From contig JAOPTX010000007.1 in the NCBI GenBank assembly GCA_051532055.1, positions 160,001 to 224,000 on the forward strand: a stretch of DNA of 64,000 nt. The letters are read 5' to 3'. Under the pieces are notes generated by a model. It did no database searches. It was not told the origin of the DNA and saw only the letters and a program-made list of their open reading frames with translations. Below are positions 8,885 through 17,584 of this stretch, one piece after another (the first letter of the stretch is position 1; each line of letters begins with the position of its first letter). The stretch is from Fibrobacterales bacterium. Its GTDB lineage: Bacteria > Fibrobacterota > Fibrobacteria > Fibrobacterales > JAOPTW01. The position numbers were made by a program, and so were the translations under genes.

Positions 8885-10513
8885 TTATCCTAGTCTCTTC
8901 TTAATTCCTCTCACAAACTCATAACCCTGCCAAAAAAGAATGATGAGAAAGAGGGCAAAAAAGATATTCTCAACACCATCTCCCATTAAACTATAGAGCG
9001 TTGTTCTATTTTTTAATGGAACCTTATGGCGCATAGCCTTTCTTTCAAATAACTCAGCCCGCTCTAACTCTGTCCCATAACTATCATAGAGAACCGAAAT
9101 ACCAGTATTGGCACTTTGTACTATGGGAATACCATTTTCAATAGCGCGAAACCTGATAAGATTTGCATGCTGGTACGGTTGCGTTGAACGCTTAAACCAG
9201 GCATCATTAGTAATCACTACTATAATTTTTGCCCCACCTTTTATAGCGTTACGAATAAAATAGGGATACACAACTTCATAGCATATTTGTGGAGAAAACT
9301 TAATAGCATCCCAAGCTGGCGATTCAGTCCCTGCAGTAAAATCCCCTTCACCCATATTAAGGTGTTGAATAGCAGGAATAACATCCTCCCAAGGGAGTCG
9401 TTCACTAAAAGGGACTAATCGATTTTTATTGTACTTCCGACGAGCGACAGAAGAATCTTTGGAAAAGAGAAAACCTGAGTTATACACCTTATATTTTCTA
9501 ATAGATCCTTCAACTGATCGTTCATAATCCAAGGCCCCAATAAGGATACTTGAATGTTTATCATAGGCAAGTTTTTGAATACGATCAGAGAGTTTACTTA
9601 CCTTTCTTAAATATTCGGGAATTGCCGTCTCGGGGAAAATAATAAGATCGGCACTATCTGAATCAATGAGATCTGCAGTGGCTAGCGTGTGACCAATAAC
9701 TTCATCAAACTGCTTTCGAACCCACTTCTCTTTCTGCTCAATTGCAGGCTGAACAACTACAATATCTGCAGTATCAGGACTGTCAGATCGGCCTGACAAG
9801 ATAACGAAACCTACAATAGCCATCAGTATAATAGGTACGAGCCCATAACCAACATAGCGATATTTTTTTTCTGTCCACGCTCGAAACAAATAGAGATTTG
9901 ATATAATAATAAGTGCGCTATACCCAAATATTCCGATGTATGCAAGTCCCTGAAGAAGAGTTTGCGATCCACCAAGAGTATATCCTATGTGCCCCCACGG
10001 AAGAGATATTTCACCTTTTGTTTTTACTAGCTCAATGCCAACCCAAATAATTGGATACAGCATTAGCAGAGATCTATTATAGAGAAACTTAAAGGAAAGC
10101 CCAAGAAACGCAACATAAAGGGCAAGGTAACTCACTAACAGAACCATTCCAAGAGCAATAACAACACTGAGATCCTGCCCTGAATCCATAACGTAGGCAA
10201 GCCAATAAAACATGCAAACATTATGTACAAAGCCACCAATAAAGGAGATGAGAGCAACTTCACGATAAGGCCGCCCTTTTATCACTATAAAAAAAGGAGC
10301 CAGAAGTACAAAAGACAGAACTCCCTGAAATGCGAGGGGAAAATCAAATGAAAAAATCGTATACGGAGGAAACGTAGCTGCTAGTGCAATCCAACAGAAA
10401 ATTGACACTCCAAGAGCTTTTAAAAAGGAGATATCGCGAAAAATTTTTATAACCATAACCGGTATACCCAACAACTTCTGTATACCTTTCAAAATATTTG
10501 AAACCATGATCAC
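8885..10513 (-). CDS. lnt: Apolipoprotein N-acyltransferase
   Basis: N-terminal TM helices, PWG.IGY, nitrilase triad motifs FPETA, YNK.RLVPFSE, ICYE, plus TNDAWF, SANTGIS. Confidence 0.93.
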   Translation of the reverse strand: MIMVSNILKGIQKLLGIPVMVIKIFRDISFLKALGVSIFCWIALAATFPPYTIFSFDFPLAFQGVLSFVLLAPFFIVIKGRPYREVALISFIGGFVHNVCMFYWLAYVMDSGQDLSVVIALGMVLLVSYLALYVAFLGLSFKFLYNRSLLMLYPIIWVGIELVKTKGEISLPWGHIGYTLGGSQTLLQGLAYIGIFGYSALIIISNLYLFRAWTEKKYRYVGYGLVPIILMAIVGFVILSGRSDSPDTADIVVVQPAIEQKEKWVRKQFDEVIGHTLATADLIDSDSADLIIFPETAIPEYLRKVSKLSDRIQKLAYDKHSSILIGALDYERSVEGSIRKYKVYNSGFLFSKDSSVARRKYNKNRLVPFSERLPWEDVIPAIQHLNMGEGDFTAGTESPAWDAIKFSPQICYEVVYPYFIRNAIKGGAKIIVVITNDAWFKRSTQPYQHANLIRFRAIENGIPIVQSANTGISVLYDSYGTELERAELFERKAMRHKVPLKNRTTLYSLMGDGVENIFFALFLIILFWQGYEFVRGIKKRLG

Positions 10514-11196
10514 CCTTTATTTTGTGGATGAAAAAAGAGGACAAACTCACCCTTAGGAGTTCGTTCTTTATAGTGAGCCAGCATCTCTTTAGGTGTGCCA
10601 TGGAGTGTCTCTTCAAATTTTTTGGTAAGCTCACGTGAGAGAGAAAGAGTAATGTCACCATACACAGTGTCAATCTCACCGAGGAACTTTACCACCTGAT
10701 ACGGAGAAACATAAAAACAGACCGTATAAGCGTGCTCTTTGAGCGATTCGAGATACTTTAAACGTCGCGCACTTTTTTTAGGGGCAAATCCTTCAAAAGA
10801 GAAGGCGTCACTCGGCATACCTGATACTACAAGCCCACTCAAAAGAGCTGATGCACCTGGAATCGCCACTACTGGAATGTCGTGTTGTATTGCTTCACGT
10901 ACTATATAAAAGCCGGGATCGGCAACACACGGAGTGCCCGCATCAGAAATAAGAGCAATGCTCCCTTCGTGCTTGAGGTGCTCTATATATTGACCGGTTT
11001 TTTTCTCTTTATTAAAATCGTGATAACTCTTCATATGCGTCGTTATCTCATAATGTTTGAGAAGCTTTGCACTGTTTCTTGTGTCTTCTGCTAATACCAG
11101 TGAGGCCTCTTGGAGGATTCTCACTGCACGAAAGGTCATATCTTCTAAGTTCCCTATTGGTGTGCTCACCAAATAGAGTGTATGCTGGTTGCTCAT
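10510..11196 (-). CDS. rsmI: 16S rRNA (cytidine1402-2'-O)-methyltransferase
   Basis: LYLVSTPIGNLEDMTFRA, AEDTR, ISDAGTP.VADPG, RELTKKFEE. Confidence 0.93.
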   Translation of the reverse strand: MSNQHTLYLVSTPIGNLEDMTFRAVRILQEASLVLAEDTRNSAKLLKHYEITTHMKSYHDFNKEKKTGQYIEHLKHEGSIALISDAGTPCVADPGFYIVREAIQHDIPVVAIPGASALLSGLVVSGMPSDAFSFEGFAPKKSARRLKYLESLKEHAYTVCFYVSPYQVVKFLGEIDTVYGDITLSLSRELTKKFEETLHGTPKEMLAHYKERTPKGEFVLFFHPQNKG

Positions 11197-11204
11197 TATT
11201 CCTA

Positions 11205-13142
11205 CTATTTCACCCGATACATTTCGATACGTCTATTTTTCTGACGTCCGCTTGCTGTTCTATTGGTGGCTATGGGGTTTTTAGGGCCATATCCTTTTGA
11301 ACGAAGCTGTTTTTTGGGTACTCCAACGGAGCGTAAATATTTTACTACTGAACGCGCACGGCGTTTTGAAAGTTTTAAATTGGTACTTTTAGAACCTTTA
11401 TTGTCAGAATATCCTCTGATTTCAATGACCGCACCTAAATTCTCTTTCAATGTTTCAGCCACTTCATCGAGCTTTTCATGAGAGTCTTCAGTTAATTCCG
11501 TTGATCCTGTTCTAAAATTAACGCCATGGAGAACAATCTGAGTCCGTCTCTCAATCATCGGTTTAGGCTTACGGTCGGGGCAGCCATCAGCATCCTCGAA
11601 GCCATTCATTACTTCAGCGGCATCTGGACATCGATCCTGTTTATCCTCTATTCCATCTCTATCATTATCATTATCGGGGCACCCATCATCATCTTCAAAA
11701 CCATCACGATCCTCTTTCTTCTTCGGACACTGGTCTCCCACATCATTCACGCCATCCTTATCAGAGTCTTCTGAACCATCAGGACACCCATCATCATCTT
11801 CAAAACCATTGAGATCTTCTGCCTCATCAGGACAAGAATCCTTAGCATCTAAGTAGCCATCTTTATCATTATCAGATTCAGGGCAGCCATCAGCATCTTC
11901 AAATCCATCCATATCTTCAGGCTCCCCTGGACAGTTATCTTTTACATCCAAAATACCATCGAGGTCATTATCCGCTTCTGGGCAACCATCATGGTCTTCA
12001 TAGGCATCAAAATCTTCAGCTTCATCTGGGCAGACATCCTCACGATTTATCAAACCATCAAGGTCATCATCTTGCGGAAGTAAAAATCCATTCCATGATA
12101 ATTGTGCAGAAAAACCCCACTTCACCGTTGGCTGCACATAATAGTGCAATTGTTCTGTTGGGTCATCATCGCTATCGGCAATGAGTTCCTGAAGGGTACT
12201 CGGATCCTGATTAATGTTTGAAAGACCACCATAATCAAGCGCCATGGAGATTGAAACCCCCTGCTCTGATTTAACAGCAAAACCAGGTGAAAGGATCAGT
12301 GGATCTCTCTCGAGGTCAAACCCTTCTGCCCATTGAGAAAGGCGAGTCTGACCAGAGAAGTCACAAAAAATGGAAAAGTAACGATGAGGATTGTAGGCGA
12401 CCGACGCATTGAGTAAAAATGAGTTGTCGTGATTATCTGAATGAGTAAAAAGCATGCCATAGTTCACATTAAACTCAAGAGGGACAGGGTCCCACATTTC
12501 ATTTAAATCAAGAGTCCAGAGCATCATAACGGTATAGGTTGGATCCCATGCAGTATAAAACCCTCCTTCAACTCCTGCCTCTTTAGGGGCGTAATAACTC
12601 TCTTTAGGTATAAATCCCTTTTTCTCACTTCCTGTAGGAAAAGTCAACGCACCAAGAAAAGCCATGTCAAAAACATGAGAGTGCTTATAAGGTGGGTACT
12701 GAAATTTACCACGAAGCTCAAGGTCACCCTGCCCCCATCCAGTCATATGACTCACATCAGAGGGTTCAATACCATCCGTCGTTAAGAGATCGAGATACAA
12801 AGGCATAGATAGGTTAAAATCAAAATAATCAGAGATACCAATACTGATAAATGCGCGGGTAGACACGTCGGCAATTTCACGAATACCATCAATGGTATCC
12901 ACTGGGTTCGTCGCAGATTCATCATCGTGAAGCCACATACGTTGACGGTATAATTTATTTTTATCTAAAGAGAGATCGCCACTTACACCAGCAGATAATT
13001 TTCCATTCCCAAGAGTTTTTGCTGAAAAGGTCCGAATATGACCGTAGAGACCATATATGTTAGGTGCACTGACCACTTCATTTTTAGCGCCAAAAGTTGT
13101 AGAATAGAGCAAAATTAGTGCTACTGCAATCAATTTTTTCAT
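11205..13142 (-). CDS. OmpA family protein: N-terminal barrel-like domain, thrombospondin type-3-like repeats, C-terminal OmpA peptidoglycan-binding domain
   Basis: Signal peptide; D.D.DG..D..D.CP repeats; VNF.TGS, GYSDN.G, NL.LS.RRA.SV, N.TA.GR.KNRRIE. Confidence 0.88.
   Translation of the reverse strand: MKKLIAVALILLYSTTFGAKNEVVSAPNIYGLYGHIRTFSAKTLGNGKLSAGVSGDLSLDKNKLYRQRMWLHDDESATNPVDTIDGIREIADVSTRAFISIGISDYFDFNLSMPLYLDLLTTDGIEPSDVSHMTGWGQGDLELRGKFQYPPYKHSHVFDMAFLGALTFPTGSEKKGFIPKESYYAPKEAGVEGGFYTAWDPTYTVMMLWTLDLNEMWDPVPLEFNVNYGMLFTHSDNHDNSFLLNASVAYNPHRYFSIFCDFSGQTRLSQWAEGFDLERDPLILSPGFAVKSEQGVSISMALDYGGLSNINQDPSTLQELIADSDDDPTEQLHYYVQPTVKWGFSAQLSWNGFLLPQDDDLDGLINREDVCPDEAEDFDAYEDHDGCPEADNDLDGILDVKDNCPGEPEDMDGFEDADGCPESDNDKDGYLDAKDSCPDEAEDLNGFEDDDGCPDGSEDSDKDGVNDVGDQCPKKKEDRDGFEDDDGCPDNDNDRDGIEDKQDRCPDAAEVMNGFEDADGCPDRKPKPMIERRTQIVLHGVNFRTGSTELTEDSHEKLDEVAETLKENLGAVIEIRGYSDNKGSKSTNLKLSKRRARSVVKYLRSVGVPKKQLRSKGYGPKNPIATNRTASGRQKNRRIEMYRVK
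11574..12071 (-). repeat. Five ~33-aa Asp-rich TSP3-like coding repeats
   Basis: D(N/S/D)D.DG..D..D.CP...ED.DGFED.DGCP occurs five times in the translation. Confidence 0.85.
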
Positions 13143-13321
13143 ATCTTTAGTCCGTAGGTTGAGCTCGCAGGATCTTTGTGTTCCAAGTACGATAATGACC
13201 TTAAGATAGCTATTTTGACTTTAATGACAGCAAGATTTACCTGAAATGATCAGAAAATCTGCTTTTTAATCAACACTACTCATGTCAATATAGAGCAAAA
13301 AAAAACAATTACAGGAACCTG

Positions 13322-14236
13322 ATGGATCATAACCCCTCTCTTTTTGGAATTACGCAAAAATCTGGCAACTCAGATCGTTTGTGTGGAAATCTTATAGCCT
13401 ATGCGCTCATTGAAGACTATGAACAAAGTGAGCAAGACACACCGCTCGACGATCTCGTCCAAAATAACATAATTGCCGTTACCGGTGATTACCAAACAGA
13501 GCGAAGCCTCAAAGACTTCCTCAATAAGGAGTTTGGGAAAGATGCCGACAAAGGATTCGACGAACTCATCGATCAACTAAAAAAAATGGAGGATAAAGAT
13601 CTTGAAAGTGATGAAAACCTTCAAAAAAAGTTTGAGTCCTTCAGCAACATGGAGATCATTCCGGTACCTGCTCGAATTATCTTTTTTGATTCCGAAGAGG
13701 AAATCCTCAACTCTGCCGGAGATATTTTTTGCCTAGGCTCATTTAAGTCTCTTCAAAATGCACACCTGAGTGTAACCTCTTTTCCCATTCTCTATCAAGG
13801 AATATACCGAGAACAACAGTCAAAACATTCGACAGCTGAGATTAGTGAGCTCCTTACTCAAATAGAGACTACAGTCCACACCCATACATTAGTGTCTGAA
13901 AGCTGGGCCCTTGCCCAATCAAATATATCAAAACATAGTGAAGACCTACAAGACCTATTACTCAACGAAGCACTTCCTAAAATGATCTACCACCTGAATA
14001 ACCCAGAAGAGTACAACGGATTAGTGACGAGTTTCAAACTCTTTATGAAGCCCTACTCTCTCCCTTCAGATGTCGAAAAGATGCTCTCTTTTTTAGAAGA
14101 GTTAAAAAATGGATTACTCGACTCAACTCGTCGCCTTGAACTCATGTGTGAAAAGATTTCAGCGGTACACAATGAAGCATTCGAAAAACTCGAACGAATT
14201 CAAAATGAACTCCGTGCCCTTGGAGTAGAAGAGTAG
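13322..14236 (+). CDS. Hypothetical protein, possible C-terminal UVR-like coiled motif
   Basis: 304-aa ORF with AGGA RBS; ends ...KISAVHNEAFEKLERIQNELRALG. Confidence 0.7.
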   Translation: MDHNPSLFGITQKSGNSDRLCGNLIAYALIEDYEQSEQDTPLDDLVQNNIIAVTGDYQTERSLKDFLNKEFGKDADKGFDELIDQLKKMEDKDLESDENLQKKFESFSNMEIIPVPARIIFFDSEEEILNSAGDIFCLGSFKSLQNAHLSVTSFPILYQGIYREQQSKHSTAEISELLTQIETTVHTHTLVSESWALAQSNISKHSEDLQDLLLNEALPKMIYHLNNPEEYNGLVTSFKLFMKPYSLPSDVEKMLSFLEELKNGLLDSTRRLELMCEKISAVHNEAFEKLERIQNELRALGVEE

Positions 14237-14257
14237 ATCTCCCCACAGAGTCGCCCT

Positions 14258-16081
14258 CTAGAGCGGCAACTCTTTCATAAGCTGATCAACATTGTTTGTA
14301 ACTCTCAAATCTTCAATGAGAGGTGGTGCATGGTGAGGCTTTACTCGTGCATCAATAATCAACGACCCTTTGCATCCCCAATGTTTATTCTCTACAAAGC
14401 TCTTTACCCCATGAATATCATGAGATGGATTTGAGCGCGTAAAAGTGACCCACAAGAAGTTCTCAATACTTTTTGCAATAAAGTGTGCGTCATCAACAAC
14501 AACAATCAATGGAATCCCCTCTAAATTTTCTTCTCGGGTAAGCACCTCAGTGAGTTGATGTATATCACGGAACGAATTGTCAGAGTCTTTAAACTCCGGC
14601 CCTTCAATTGCCATAACCCCCGAAAAAATCATCTCAGGATTTTTAAAACCAAAAGGAAGCGTCATCCCTTCTGGTATATGGCTCCAAAGTGATCGAATAG
14701 GAGTTCCCGCAGCGGCCACAACAACTTTTGACCCTTTATTTAAGCCAGAGCCCGTATAATCGAGGGTGTCAATAGTTGTCTCCGTCTGAAAATGAAGGTC
14801 ACGGCGCCAATCAACCCGCGCAAGAAGATGCTTAAAAAAGAGCCCCACTGAATGTGTTGACAGAGATGGGTCATCTTCTTCTGCTATGATAAAAAGATAT
14901 TTTGCGAGGGAGAGTTGGCCAGTCCCCAAGATAAGGTTTGATAACGTAAGAAGCTCTTGAGGACGCTTCTGCTCCATATAAGGCACATACCGCTCCGTAC
15001 CAATTGCCAACAACAAGGGATGAACTCCTGCCTCATCAACAGCATGCACCTCTTTTACTCCCGGAATTTCTGCGGGGATTGCACTTTGAGTTAACTTATG
15101 GATAAAAGCACCAAATTGAGTGTCTTCCTGGGGAGGTCGACCCACCACGGTAAATGGCCACACTGCATTTTTTCTATGGTATACTGCTTCAACCTTCATT
15201 ACAGGCATTTCATGCACTAAACTATAGTACCCAAGGTGATCACCAAAAGGACCCTCAGGCTTTACAGCACCATGAGGAATAGTACCCACAATACAGAAAT
15301 CGGCATCTGCTGAAATGGTATGACCATTTTTGATGGTATACCGAAAACGCCTACCCGCGAGAAGACCACCAAATGTTACTTCTGGCACACCTTCAGGAAG
15401 CGGCATAACTGCAGCAACAGTATGTGCAGGGGGGCCACCAACAAAAATACTTACCTTAAGGTCTTCACCTTTTTTAATTGCCGCTTTGTGGTGTACTGCT
15501 ATCCCACGATGCAGCTGGTAGTGCAATCCAATTTCTTTGTTTTCATCATACTCACCCCCATCAAGCTGTACTCGATACATACCCAAATTTGAGTTCATCG
15601 GCCCTGGTTGATCGGGATCTTCACTATAAACGAGTGGTAACGTTATATAACGCCCACCATCTTCAGGCCATGAAACAAGTCCGGGAAGCTCAGAAATATC
15701 AGTAGTACCCCACAATACTGGCGCCTGAGAGTGAGAAACTTTTTTGGGAAGTGCATGCAATCCGTGCCGAGCGAGGAGTAAGCTTTTAAAGGGATGTGAC
15801 AATGCTGCAGATGGGTTTACCTTAAGGTCAATCATCTCCTTAGTTCTCTGCTCAGTTTCACGAAAAATATAACCGACCCGTTCCTCAGTCCCATACAGAT
15901 TTGAAACAGCCTGAAAAGGTGAACCTTTCACTTTTTCAAAAAGAATTGCTGGGCCACCATTGGCATAGACCCGTCGTTGAATCGCTGCCATTTCTAAATG
16001 AGGGTCAACCTCATGAGATATACGGAGCAATTCACCCCGTTTTTCGAGGTCTTTAATAACATCAGCAGTTTTAAGATACAT
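14258..16081 (-). CDS. UbiD family (prFMN-dependent) decarboxylase
   Basis: GPAILFE.VKG, NLGMYRVQ, EGPFGDHLGYYS, TVVGRPPQED, DTLDY; start taken as ATG 16081. Confidence 0.9.
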   Translation of the reverse strand: MYLKTADVIKDLEKRGELLRISHEVDPHLEMAAIQRRVYANGGPAILFEKVKGSPFQAVSNLYGTEERVGYIFRETEQRTKEMIDLKVNPSAALSHPFKSLLLARHGLHALPKKVSHSQAPVLWGTTDISELPGLVSWPEDGGRYITLPLVYSEDPDQPGPMNSNLGMYRVQLDGGEYDENKEIGLHYQLHRGIAVHHKAAIKKGEDLKVSIFVGGPPAHTVAAVMPLPEGVPEVTFGGLLAGRRFRYTIKNGHTISADADFCIVGTIPHGAVKPEGPFGDHLGYYSLVHEMPVMKVEAVYHRKNAVWPFTVVGRPPQEDTQFGAFIHKLTQSAIPAEIPGVKEVHAVDEAGVHPLLLAIGTERYVPYMEQKRPQELLTLSNLILGTGQLSLAKYLFIIAEEDDPSLSTHSVGLFFKHLLARVDWRRDLHFQTETTIDTLDYTGSGLNKGSKVVVAAAGTPIRSLWSHIPEGMTLPFGFKNPEMIFSGVMAIEGPEFKDSDNSFRDIHQLTEVLTREENLEGIPLIVVVDDAHFIAKSIENFLWVTFTRSNPSHDIHGVKSFVENKHWGCKGSLIIDARVKPHHAPPLIEDLRVTNNVDQLMKELPL

Positions 16082-16221
16082 AGCCAGCTCACAAACATTG
16101 TTTCTATGCAAATTTATGTAATATGTTTCATTTATTTAATCAAATGAGTGAAAATCATCCAAAACTTTGGTAGAATATACAATCATTGTAAGTAGACACA
16201 GAAGTATCTCACGAGAGTTAG

Positions 16222-17577
16222 ATGAACGGAACAGACCCGGTACGTATTTTAGTTGTTGATGACAACACCGCTATACATGAAGATTTCAGATCAATCCTTT
16301 CTGATAGTGAAAATGATAGCACTGCTCAAAACTTAAAAAAATATGAAGATGCACTCTTTGCGAAACCAGCTGAAAAGCCCGTCATACAAACCACCTACAC
16401 CAACTACCGTATTGATCACGCCTACAATGCACAAGAGGCAATTAATATGGTTCATGTGTCTGAAAAAGAATCTGACCCTTACGCCCTTATTTTTATGGAT
16501 GTACGCATGCCCCCAGGCATGGATGGAATACAGGCGATTCAAAATATTTGGGATGACTATCCAGAGATAGAAATGGTGATATGCACTGCTCACTCTGATT
16601 ATAACTGGGATCAAATTATTGAAAAGCTTGGTTTAACCGACCATCTACTCATTTTAAAAAAACCATTTGATAGTGTTGCAGTCAAACAGTTTGCTCTCAC
16701 ACAATCCACCAAATGGAAGCTTCAAAAAAGCAACAAACTGTATACTGCCTCTCTTGAAGAAAAAGTTGTAGAGCGAACCTCTGAACTACAATTCTCCCTC
16801 GACCAACTTAAAAGCGCTCAAACCCAACTCATTCAGTCAGAAAAAATGGCATCCCTAGGAGAACTTGTTGCTGGGGTCGCCCACGAAATCAACACCCCTA
16901 TAGGTGTCGGCATTACCGCGGCATCATTCATTGATGATAACACTCATGAGCTTAAAAAACGGTACGAAGACAAAAAAATATCCAATCAGTTTATGCAAGA
17001 GTACATCAACACTGTTACCACGAGTAGTAAAATGCTCATGACAAACCTCAATCGTGCTGCAGAACTTATTGCCGGCTTTAAACAGGTTGCCGTAGATCAA
17101 ACTACTGACCTAAAACGCACTTTTAAAATTTCAGAACTCATTCACAATGTAACCTTTAGCCTAAATCCAAGACTTAAACAGGCAGGAGTTACCATAAATA
17201 TTAATTGTGACGAAGACCTTTCGTTCAATAGCTACCCTGGTTCATTTTCACAAGTGATGACCAATATGATCATGAACTCTATTATCCATGGTTTCGAAGA
17301 ACAACTCAATGGCGTTATCGATGTCACTGTAACCACAGATACCCAACTCGTAACCATTCTATATCAAGATAACGGTAGAGGAATTGGCCCTGATCAAATT
17401 AAAAAAGTATTTGATCCTTTTTATACTACTAAAAGAGGGCAAGGGGGTACTGGTCTTGGCATGCACATTATTTACAATATTATTTCTCAAAACTTTAAAG
17501 GAAACATTGTCTGTGAAAGTGAGCAAAGCTCTTACACTCGCTTTACGATAACCATCCCTTTTAGTCAACTCCAATAA
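16222..17577 (+). CDS. Cytoplasmic REC-histidine kinase hybrid (NtrB-like H-box)
   Basis: VVDDN, FMDVRMPPGMDG; EKMASLG.LVAGVAHEINTP; DNGRG, FDPFYTTK, GGTGLG; no TM segment. Confidence 0.9.
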   Translation: MNGTDPVRILVVDDNTAIHEDFRSILSDSENDSTAQNLKKYEDALFAKPAEKPVIQTTYTNYRIDHAYNAQEAINMVHVSEKESDPYALIFMDVRMPPGMDGIQAIQNIWDDYPEIEMVICTAHSDYNWDQIIEKLGLTDHLLILKKPFDSVAVKQFALTQSTKWKLQKSNKLYTASLEEKVVERTSELQFSLDQLKSAQTQLIQSEKMASLGELVAGVAHEINTPIGVGITAASFIDDNTHELKKRYEDKKISNQFMQEYINTVTTSSKMLMTNLNRAAELIAGFKQVAVDQTTDLKRTFKISELIHNVTFSLNPRLKQAGVTININCDEDLSFNSYPGSFSQVMTNMIMNSIIHGFEEQLNGVIDVTVTTDTQLVTILYQDNGRGIGPDQIKKVFDPFYTTKRGQGGTGLGMHIIYNIISQNFKGNIVCESEQSSYTRFTITIPFSQLQ

Positions 17578-17584
17578 GGCGCCT

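Noticed and set aside
11574..12071. Periodic DNA considered as a CRISPR array
   Set aside because: In-frame degenerate protein repeats with no unique spacers and no cas genes
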